DNA of 55,012 nucleotides, from positions 1 through 55,012 of the forward strand of contig DAHUZL010000053.1 of the NCBI GenBank assembly GCA_027306655.1, read 5' to 3'. Positions 45,625-53,030 of the stretch are shown here, piece after piece (the stretch's first letter is position 1; the number at the start of each line of letters is the position of its first letter). Source of the DNA: Candidatus Dormiibacterota bacterium. Its GTDB lineage: Bacteria > Chloroflexota > Dormibacteria > Aeolococcales > Bog-877. The position numbers and the translations under genes were made by a program. Below the pieces are notes generated by a model. It had not been told where the DNA came from, made no database searches, and saw nothing but the letters and a program-made list of their open reading frames with translations.

Positions 45625-47057
45625 TGGAGGGCGGGGACGACCGGGGCGCCCACCGCACCGAGCGGGACTCGATGGGCGAGATGACGGTGCCGGCCGACGC
45701 CTACTACGGCGCCTCCACCCAGCGCGCGGTGGAGAACTTCCCGATCAGCGGGATCCGCCTGCCCCGCCGGCTGATCGCGGCCCTGGGCCGGATCAAGGCG
45801 GCGGCGGCGGAGACCAACGCCGAGCTGCGACTGCTGGACCCGGACGTGGCCGCGGCGATCGCCGACGCCGCCCGCGAGGTCGCGGACGGCCGCTGGGACC
45901 GGGAGTTCGTCGTCGACGTGTTCCAGACCGGCAGCGGCACCTCGTCGAACATGAACGCCAACGAGGTGATCGCCAACCGCGCCCTGGAGCTGCTGGGCGC
46001 CGCCCGGGGGGCACGCGACCGGCTCCACCCCAACGATCACGTCAACCGCGGACAGTCGAGCAACGACGTGTTCCCCACCGCCATCCAGCTGGCGGCGCTG
46101 GACGGGCTGCGCAGCGACCTGCTCCCGGCGCTGGCCGAGCTGGAGGCGGCACTGATCGACCGCCGCGACGCCTTCTGGCCGGTGATCAAGACCGGGCGGA
46201 CGCACCTCCAGGACGCCACCCCGATCCGTCTCGGACAGGAGTTCTCCGGGTACGCCGGGCAGGTGGCCCGCGCCCGGCGTCTCCTCGCCGCCGCCGCCCT
46301 GGAGCTGGAGGAGCTCCCCCTCGGCGGGACCGCCGTCGGCACCGGCATCGGCCGCCACCCCGAGTTCGCGGCCCGCACGGTCGCCCGTCTGGCCGCCAGC
46401 TGCGCGGCTCCCGGGCTGCGGGAGGCCGCCAACCACTTCCAGGCGCAGGCGAACCTCGATGCGGTGGTCGCCGCCGCCGGCGCGATCCGCGTCACCGCCC
46501 TCGCCGTGCACAAGATCGCAACCGACATCCGCTTGCTGGGCTCGGGGCCGCGGGCCGGGATCGGCGAGCTGGAGCTGCCGGAGGTGCAGCCCGGCTCGTC
46601 GATCATGCCCGGGAAGGTCAACCCGGTCATCATCGAGTCGCTCTGCATGGTGGTGGCGCGCGTCGTCGGCAACGACGCCACGATCGGCTTCGCCGCCGCC
46701 ACCGGCTCGCTGCTGGAGCTCAACGTCATGCTCCCGGTGGCGGGCCATGCGCTCCTGGAGTCGATCGACCTGCTCAGCCGCGCCACCATCAACGTCGCGC
46801 GCCGCTGCGTCGGCGGGCTGCGCGCCTCGTCGCGGGGGGCGGAGCTGGTCCGTGAGGGCCTCGCGATCTGCACTGGGCTGGTCCCCGCGATCGGTTACGA
46901 CGCCGCCGCCGCGATCGCCCACGCCGCCCATGCCCGTGGACTGACGGTTCGGCAGGTGGCCCGCGAGCAGACCGACCTCGACGACGCGGCGCTGGACCGC
47001 CTGCTCGATCCGGAGCGGATGCTGGAGCCGGGGGTCGAGGGACCGGCGGGCGGGTGA
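45621..47057 (+). CDS. Class II fumarate hydratase / aspartate ammonia-lyase family enzyme (mostly FumC-like motifs)
   Basis: RTERDSMGEMTVPADAYYGASTQRAVENFPISG, QTGSGTSSNMNANEVIANRA, HPNDHVNRGQSSNDVFPTA, GRTHLQDATPIRLGQEFSGY and the SS-loop GSSIMPGKVNPVIIESL. The NPV in the SS-loop is aspartase-like rather than the NPTQ of FumC. The ATG overlaps the plsY stop (ATGA at 45621-45624). Confidence 0.8.
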   Translation: MMEGGDDRGAHRTERDSMGEMTVPADAYYGASTQRAVENFPISGIRLPRRLIAALGRIKAAAAETNAELRLLDPDVAAAIADAAREVADGRWDREFVVDVFQTGSGTSSNMNANEVIANRALELLGAARGARDRLHPNDHVNRGQSSNDVFPTAIQLAALDGLRSDLLPALAELEAALIDRRDAFWPVIKTGRTHLQDATPIRLGQEFSGYAGQVARARRLLAAAALELEELPLGGTAVGTGIGRHPEFAARTVARLAASCAAPGLREAANHFQAQANLDAVVAAAGAIRVTALAVHKIATDIRLLGSGPRAGIGELELPEVQPGSSIMPGKVNPVIIESLCMVVARVVGNDATIGFAAATGSLLELNVMLPVAGHALLESIDLLSRATINVARRCVGGLRASSRGAELVREGLAICTGLVPAIGYDAAAAIAHAAHARGLTVRQVAREQTDLDDAALDRLLDPERMLEPGVEGPAGG

Positions 47058-47067
47058 GCCGGGCGCT

Positions 47068-47592
47068 TCAGGCCCGGGGGACCATCGGGGCCGCCACGTA
47101 CCAGCGCGCGCCCTGCTCGACCGCCGCCAGGCTGGTGGCCAGCCCGAGCGGATGGCGGGCGAGCGGCGCGCACCGGGGCGGGGCCCCCGCGGCGTGGAAG
47201 CAGACCGTGGCGATGAGCTGGACCACCGCCCGGCGGCGGCCGAGCTCGACGCCGGTGACCACCACCGACGCGACCACCAGGTGCACGCCGCGGATCGCCC
47301 GGACCGAGCTGGTCAGCTGGGATCGGGCCGGCGGCGCCAGGTAGGCGAGCATCTCCGACGGGCTCCCCCGGCCCACCCCCTGGAGGTACCCCGCCACCGC
47401 GGCCGCCGGCGCCGCGTGGGAGGGTTTCGGGAGGGGGAGGGCGTGGAGGCCGCGCACCACCGCGATCACGATCAGGAGCACCAGCCCCACCAGGGTGATC
47501 TGCCAGCGCGCGCGCCGGGGGGGACGGGGCGATCCCCCCCGGGGCTCGCGGGGTAGGCCGGCGAGCGTCCCCGGCCGGGTGGGATCGATCAT
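47068..47592 (-). CDS. Membrane-anchored protein, unknown function
   Basis: MIDPTRPG...RRARWQITLVGLVLLIVIAVV (single TM), then a ~120-aa extracytoplasmic domain. The start is at the complement of 47590-47592. The upstream part of the tracked ORF is Arg/Pro shadow sequence. Confidence 0.55.
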   Translation of the reverse strand: MIDPTRPGTLAGLPREPRGGSPRPPRRARWQITLVGLVLLIVIAVVRGLHALPLPKPSHAAPAAAVAGYLQGVGRGSPSEMLAYLAPPARSQLTSSVRAIRGVHLVVASVVVTGVELGRRRAVVQLIATVCFHAAGAPPRCAPLARHPLGLATSLAAVEQGARWYVAAPMVPRA

Positions 47593-47857
47593 CGTCGGCC
47601 GGCGCGGAGCGGACCCGGAGACCGGGGGGTGACCGTCGGTGGGCGCACCGGGACTCCTCTGCCGAGGCCGACCGCTCGCGGGAGACGAGGGCCGCGACCG
47701 AGATCTTACGGCCAACCCGCCCGCTCCCAGGTGAAACCTTCCGGCCGTCCCCGGCGTTCCAGATTTGGGCACGGCGCGCAGGGCGCCTCCCCGCCCGTCC
47801 GGGTCCCGACCGTGCCGGCCGGCTCGGGCAGCGCGCCGTGCCCGAGTCTGCCAGGCC

Positions 47858-50185
47858 ATGTGGAACGCCCCCTCCCCCGGCGACCGCCTCACGCGCGCAC
47901 CGGGCGGCCGATCGCGCCCGGTGCGCGCGTCGCGGGGGGGACGGCCCGGGCGGCCGGCCCCGATCGGGAGCCGCCCTCGCTCCCGCCGCCGGCGCTCACA
48001 GGGAGTGAGCGGGCTGGTCGCGACCCTCCTCGTCCTGGTGTTCGCCGTCGCTCTCGGCACCGGCCCGGCGGCGGCGCTCACCCGGGTCCTGGGGGCGCTG
48101 CCCACCCCCCACCGGTTCCCGACCGACACCCTGATCTTCGCGGCGAACGGGACCGAGATCGCCGACCTGCACGCCCCCGGCCAGAGCCGGATCCCGGTGC
48201 CGCTCGCGCGCGTCGCCCCGAGCTTTCTCCGCGCGGTGGTGGCCACCGAGGACCGCAGCTTCTGGACCGGGGGCAGCATCGACTGGCCGCGGCTGGTGGC
48301 GGCCGCCCTCCACGACGTGCTCCACCACGGGACCCTGCAGGGGGCGAGCACCATCCCCGAACAGCTCGCCAAGCTCCGCTACCTCACCGACAACCGCAGC
48401 ATCTCGTACAAGATCCGAGAGATCCTGCTCGGCCAGGAGCTGAGTGCCACCGAGTCGCGGCGCACCATCCTCGACCAGTACGTCAACGACGTCTACTTCG
48501 GCGATGGCGCCACCGGGATCGAGGCGGCCGCGCTCACCTACTTCGGCGTTCACGCCAGCCAGCTGACCCTGCCGGAGTCGAGCCTGCTCGCCGGGCTGCT
48601 GCCCGCCCCCAGCGCGCTCGACCCGCTGGTCAACCTGAGCGGCGCGCGGGACCGGCAGCAGGTGGTGCTGGCGTCGATGGTGGCCGCCGGCGACCTGAAA
48701 CCGGCGCGGGCGCGGGCGGCGTCGGTCGCACCGCTGCCGCTGCGCCGCACACCGGCGACGACCCTCGACCTGGCTCCGTACTTCGTCGACCACGTGGAGC
48801 GCTGGCTCGCCGCCCGGTTCGGTCCCGCCGTCGTGGCCCTGGGGCTGCGGGTGCACACCCCGCTCCGGCTCGGTCTGGAGCGGCTGGCCCAGCGGCTGGT
48901 GACGGCCACGGTGGCCCAGGGGCAGCCGATGCACATGACGGACGGCGCGCTGGTGGCGATTGACCCCCGCACCGGCGACGTCATCGCCTACGTGGGGGGC
49001 GCCGGCGCCGGGGTGCCCGGCGGGCAGATCGACATGGCCGCCGCGCCGCGCCAGCCGGGGTCGACGGCCAAGCTGGTCACCTACAGCGCCGCCCTCGCCG
49101 CCCACGCGGTGACCATGACCACCCCCGTCCTCGACGCGCCGCTGTCGCTGCCGCGGGGCGGGCCGCCGGGCGGGCGCGGGCCCTTCGTCGTGCACGACTA
49201 CGAGGGCGTCTACCAGGGAGTGGTCCCGGCGCAGGTGGCGCTCGGCAACTCCCTCAACGTGCCCGCCGTCCGCGTCGAGCTCCGCACCGGGGTGCGGCGG
49301 GTGGTGGAGCTCGCCCGCCGGATGGGCATCACCACCCTGGGGGGGCCCGCCGCCGCCTACGGGCCCAGCCTCACCCTCGGGGCCTACCCGATCCCGCTCT
49401 GGGAGACCGCCCAGGTGGGGTCGGTCCTCGCCACCCAGGGGCTGCTCCGTCCGGCCCGCTTCGTCACCCGGGTGACGACGGCCGGAGGCCGCCTCCTCTA
49501 CACCGCCCCGTCCCGGGCGCGGCGCGTCCTCTCGGCGCGGGTGGCGTACATCATGAACGTCATCCTCTCGCGCAACGCCAACCGCCTGCTCGCCTTCGGG
49601 CCGGCGACCGACCTGGTGGTGCCGGGACGGACCGTGGCGGTCAAGACCGGGACGTCGAACGACCTGCGCGACAACCTCGCGGTCGGATGGACGCCCACCC
49701 TGGTGACCGGCACCTGGGTGGGCAACGCCGACGACGCGCCGATGTACGGCGGCGGCATCAACGGGATCAGCGGGGCGGCGTCGCTGTGGAACGCCTTCAT
49801 GACGGCGGCGCTCGCGCCCACGCCCAACCGGTACTTCCCCACCCCGCCGGGGCTCACGGTGGACGGGTCGGCGGGGCAGCGTGTCTACTACCTTCCCGGC
49901 ACCGGCCCCACGACCGCCGTTCTGGGCATCGCCGGCGGCGGCGCGGGCGGCCCCGTCACCAACGTCCGCTACCGCGGCATCTGCCGCTACTGGACCTACA
50001 ACAGCGGCAACTACTACTGGTGCGGCACCGGGCCGTCGGACCTCCCCGGCGACCCCGGACCGCGCCCGGTGACGGCGGCCGCCCCGGGGACGGCGCCCGC
50101 GGGCGACGGCCAGGGGCAGGGGCAGGGCGCCGGCCAGGGCAACGGCAACGGCCAGGGCACCGGCAACGGCCAAGGCACCGGATAG
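47858..50185 (+). CDS. Class A penicillin-binding protein (GT51 transglycosylase + transpeptidase) with C-terminal extension
   Basis: GT51 motifs are ATEDRSFW, GASTIPEQLAK and YKIREILL. Transpeptidase motifs are PGSTAK (SxxK), GNSLN (SxN) and VKTGTS (KTG). ATG 47858 was chosen; a GTG at 48005 is possible. Confidence 0.85.
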   Translation: MWNAPSPGDRLTRAPGGRSRPVRASRGGRPGRPAPIGSRPRSRRRRSQGVSGLVATLLVLVFAVALGTGPAAALTRVLGALPTPHRFPTDTLIFAANGTEIADLHAPGQSRIPVPLARVAPSFLRAVVATEDRSFWTGGSIDWPRLVAAALHDVLHHGTLQGASTIPEQLAKLRYLTDNRSISYKIREILLGQELSATESRRTILDQYVNDVYFGDGATGIEAAALTYFGVHASQLTLPESSLLAGLLPAPSALDPLVNLSGARDRQQVVLASMVAAGDLKPARARAASVAPLPLRRTPATTLDLAPYFVDHVERWLAARFGPAVVALGLRVHTPLRLGLERLAQRLVTATVAQGQPMHMTDGALVAIDPRTGDVIAYVGGAGAGVPGGQIDMAAAPRQPGSTAKLVTYSAALAAHAVTMTTPVLDAPLSLPRGGPPGGRGPFVVHDYEGVYQGVVPAQVALGNSLNVPAVRVELRTGVRRVVELARRMGITTLGGPAAAYGPSLTLGAYPIPLWETAQVGSVLATQGLLRPARFVTRVTTAGGRLLYTAPSRARRVLSARVAYIMNVILSRNANRLLAFGPATDLVVPGRTVAVKTGTSNDLRDNLAVGWTPTLVTGTWVGNADDAPMYGGGINGISGAASLWNAFMTAALAPTPNRYFPTPPGLTVDGSAGQRVYYLPGTGPTTAVLGIAGGGAGGPVTNVRYRGICRYWTYNSGNYYWCGTGPSDLPGDPGPRPVTAAAPGTAPAGDGQGQGQGAGQGNGNGQGTGNGQGTG
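50102..50182 (+). repeat. Coding low-complexity Gly-Gln/Gly-Asn repeat at the PBP C-terminus
   Basis: The degenerate ggc-cag/aac periodicity encodes GDGQGQGQGAGQGNGNGQGTGNGQGTG, immediately before the TAG at 50183-50185. Confidence 0.7.
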
Positions 50186-50232
50186 GCGACGGCCGGCCGG
50201 CGGAGGGACGGGCTACCTGAGCTGCGCCCCGT

Positions 50233-50787
50233 TCAGGCCAGCACCGCCTCCTCGGCCCCCGCCAGCACCTGCCACCTCCGCCGCTGACCGGCCCCGAGCC
50301 CCGCGCCGGTCGCGAGCGCGTCGCCCACCGCGGCCAGGAGCTGGGCCGCCCGGAAGGGCCGCTCCAGGTACACGAAGCCAAGGGCCTCCATCCGCCGGCG
50401 CAGCTCGGGGCCGGGGGTCCTGGCGCTGACGAAGACCACCGGCGTCGCATCCCACCGGTGGCTGTGGAGGAGTCGGCGGCAGAGCTCGAAGGCGCTGAAG
50501 TCGGGAAGGTGGACGTCCAGAACCGCGCACGCGACCCGGGTCTCGGCGGCCGCCTCGAGCGCCGCCAGGGCGCCCGCCGCCTCCACCACGACGAACCCCG
50601 CCCGGACCAGGATCGCACCGGTCACGGTGCGGCTGTCACGGTCGTCGTCCACGACCAGGACCGGCGGACGCGGCCCCGGGCCGAGGCCGCTCGGGGACGG
50701 AGAGGACAGGGAGGAGGGGGCCACCGGCCCATTGTCGACCGCGGATCTGACAATCCCTTCACCGACGCGCCGCACCTGCGCACCCAT
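50233..50787 (-). CDS. Single-domain response regulator (receiver only)
   Basis: PPVLVVDDDRDS (acidic pocket), AVLDVHLPDFSAFEL (phospho-acceptor Asp context), and PVVFVSAR. No output domain is present. It has a ~40-aa Ser/Pro-rich N-terminal extension. Confidence 0.75.
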   Translation of the reverse strand: MGAQVRRVGEGIVRSAVDNGPVAPSSLSSPSPSGLGPGPRPPVLVVDDDRDSRTVTGAILVRAGFVVVEAAGALAALEAAAETRVACAVLDVHLPDFSAFELCRRLLHSHRWDATPVVFVSARTPGPELRRRMEALGFVYLERPFRAAQLLAAVGDALATGAGLGAGQRRRWQVLAGAEEAVLA

Positions 50788-50875
50788 CCTGTGACGGGGT
50801 CGCGAGGTCCCGCCCCGTCGCCGCCGGCTGGCGGGACCAGAGGGGTGTGCGAACCGGGCGTGCGGAGGCGCTGCG

Positions 50876-52714
50876 GTGACGGGAGAGGGCAGCGGCCATT
50901 CTCCCGGCAGTGCCCATGCCGCGCCGCTGCTCGCCGCCGGGCTGGCGGTGCTGGTGTACGGCAGCGCGCTGGTGTGGCTGGCGGCCGGGATCAGCCAGGG
51001 GGCGCACTTCGGCCCCTACTCGGCCGGGCTGCTCCCCGACCTGCTGCTCCGGCCGGCGCTGACCCCGAACGGGATCGCGGCGCCCCGCCGAGCCGCCCCG
51101 GTCTTCTGGGCGGCCCTCACCCTCCTGGGGACGGCCTCAGGCCTGGCCGCCGTCCGCGCCGGGGGCTGGTGGCGGCGGCGGCGACGGCCCGTGAAGGGGG
51201 GCGTCCTGGGGCGGGCCGACCATGCACGCCGAGCGGACCTGGCCCAGCTCCGCGGCAGTTGGCGGCCGGCGGCGCTGGGGCTCGCCGCGCGGGCCGGGGC
51301 GACCCGCGGACGACCGGGGGCCGGCCGGGCGGCGGAGCCAGGCGGAGCGGGGTCGCGCCCCGACGGGGAGCGACAGGTGCCGACCCGCGACGGCTCGGCC
51401 CCGGGCGCGGAGTGCGCCGCCCCCCGGTTCCGGCTGGGCACCCACCACGGTCGCGCGCTCTGGAGCACCCCCGACGACCACGTCCTGGTGTTGGGCCCGA
51501 CCGGGGCGGGCAAGTCGAGCGGCTACGCGGTCCCGGCCGTGCTGGAGTGGCCGGGGCCGGTCGTGGTCACGGACCCCAAGGGGGAGCTGGTCACGCGGAC
51601 GCTGGCCCACCGCCAGCGGCTGGGCCCGGCCGCCGTCTTCGCCCCCATGCTGGCGCCCACCGACCGCTGGAACCCGCTCGGCGCCGTCGTCACCGCCGAC
51701 GACGCGCTGCGGACCGCGGGCCTGCTCATGGGTCGCGCGCCCGACCGCGACCCCTTCTGGCACGACCTCGCCCGCCAGCTTCTGCACGGCCTCGTGGTCG
51801 AGGCGGCGGTCGCCGGCCTCACGCTCGGCGACCTCCTCCGGCTGCTCCAGGAGACAGCGGCCGAGGAGCTCCCCGATGCCGTGGCCCACCCGGTCGCCCG
51901 CCGCATCGTCCAGGGCTCGCTGGCCGGGGGCGATCGCACCGCGATGGGGGTGGTGGCGACGTGCATCGCGCAGCTGGGCCCGTATGGGGCCGACCAGGTG
52001 GTGGCGGCCACCGGGGCCTCCGACTTCGACCCGGCGTGGATCGCCGACGGACGGCTGCGGACGCTCTACTGCGTCGTCACCCCTCACGACGCGATCCTGA
52101 TCCGGGGGTTGGTGGGCGCCCTGCTGTCGCGGGCCTGGCGGGCATGCTTCGCCAGCCCTCCGGCGCCCGCGGCGGCCTTCGTCCTCGACGAGTTCGCCCA
52201 GCTGACCCACCTCCCCGAGCTGCCCGCACTGACCCAGCTGGGTCGCTCCCAGGGGGTGCGGCTGTGCCTCCTGGCGCAGGATCTGGCCTCGGTCCGCGCC
52301 ACCTACGGGGCCGAGGCGGTCGCCGCCCTGTGGTCCAACTGCCGGGCCAAGCTGCTGCTGGCCGGCATCTCCGAGGTGGACCTGCTCGACCAGGCCAGCC
52401 GCCTCGCCGGCACCTCCACCTTCCATGTCCGCGGCTCCGGCACCGACAACGCCGCAGCGGCCCAGGCGCAGGCCGCCCAGCCCCTCCTCCACCCCGACGA
52501 CATCCGCCGCCTCGACCCGTGGGACGCCCTCCTGCTGCACAGCTCGGCGCAACCGGCGATCGTCCGCCAGCGCCGCTGGTACCGCGATCGCCGCCTGCGG
52601 GCCGCGGTGGGGCTGCCGGTTCCGTCGCGCGCCCGGCTGGGGCCGGCGCCGGGCGTCCCGCTGCAGGAGGAGGCACCGGTGGTAACCGCGGGCGCACCGG
52701 GCCGGGCGGGCTGA
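50876..52714 (+). CDS. Type IV secretion coupling protein (VirD4/TraG/TraD family ATPase)
   Basis: Two N-terminal TM helices (PLLAAGLAVLVYGSALVWLAAG; VFWAALTLLGTASGLAAV). Walker A in HVLVLGPTGAGKSSGYAVPAVLEW, followed by PVVVTDPKGEL. Walker B-like AAAFVLDEFAQL. ...LLLAQDLASV... matches the usual T4CP layout. GTG start. Confidence 0.8.
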   Translation: MTGEGSGHSPGSAHAAPLLAAGLAVLVYGSALVWLAAGISQGAHFGPYSAGLLPDLLLRPALTPNGIAAPRRAAPVFWAALTLLGTASGLAAVRAGGWWRRRRRPVKGGVLGRADHARRADLAQLRGSWRPAALGLAARAGATRGRPGAGRAAEPGGAGSRPDGERQVPTRDGSAPGAECAAPRFRLGTHHGRALWSTPDDHVLVLGPTGAGKSSGYAVPAVLEWPGPVVVTDPKGELVTRTLAHRQRLGPAAVFAPMLAPTDRWNPLGAVVTADDALRTAGLLMGRAPDRDPFWHDLARQLLHGLVVEAAVAGLTLGDLLRLLQETAAEELPDAVAHPVARRIVQGSLAGGDRTAMGVVATCIAQLGPYGADQVVAATGASDFDPAWIADGRLRTLYCVVTPHDAILIRGLVGALLSRAWRACFASPPAPAAAFVLDEFAQLTHLPELPALTQLGRSQGVRLCLLAQDLASVRATYGAEAVAALWSNCRAKLLLAGISEVDLLDQASRLAGTSTFHVRGSGTDNAAAAQAQAAQPLLHPDDIRRLDPWDALLLHSSAQPAIVRQRRWYRDRRLRAAVGLPVPSRARLGPAPGVPLQEEAPVVTAGAPGRAG

Positions 52715-52724
52715 GGCGTCACCG

Positions 52725-53027
52725 GTGCCGCCGCCGACCGCCGCCACGCTCCTCACCGGGCTCGACACCGTGATCCACACGGTGACCACCCTCGCGTTGG
52801 GGGCGATCGCGGTCCTCTGCCTCAGCGTGGCGGCGATCCGCTACATGACCGCGCTCGACAGCGCGCAGCGGCGGGCGGCAGCGCTGCAGGGGCTGGTGAC
52901 GGTGATGGTGGGAGTGCTCCTGATCGTCAACGAGGGGGCGATCCTCGGATTCGTGGAGGGGTTGACCGGCAGCAACACCGCGTGCACCAGCTCCGCCTGC
53001 GGGTCGACCAGCGCCACCGGACCGTGA
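52725..53027 (+). CDS. VirB2/TrbC-like small two-helix membrane protein (candidate T4SS pilin-like subunit)
   Basis: 100 aa. ...TLALGAIAVLCLSVAAIRYMTALDSAQRRAAALQGLVTVMVGVLLIVNEGAILGFV... forms a helix, a short basic loop and a second helix, as in the TrbC/VirB2 family. It sits directly after the T4CP. The tail is Ser/Thr/Cys-rich. Confidence 0.5.
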   Translation: MPPPTAATLLTGLDTVIHTVTTLALGAIAVLCLSVAAIRYMTALDSAQRRAAALQGLVTVMVGVLLIVNEGAILGFVEGLTGSNTACTSSACGSTSATGP

Positions 53028-53030
53028 GGC

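Noticed and set aside
50102-50182. Short-period DNA repeat considered as a possible CRISPR array or non-coding tandem repeat.
   Set aside because: The period is 6-18 nt without spacers. It lies in frame inside the PBP gene and encodes a Gly-Gln/Asn low-complexity tail. No CRISPR-like repeat-spacer structure was seen anywhere in the window.
50186-50875. I looked for an integrase, tRNA gene, att-like direct repeats or a compositional break marking the left end of a mobile element before the T4CP.
   Set aside because: None is visible. Only the receiver gene and short intergenic regions lie between the PBP and the T4CP, so I do not claim an element boundary.
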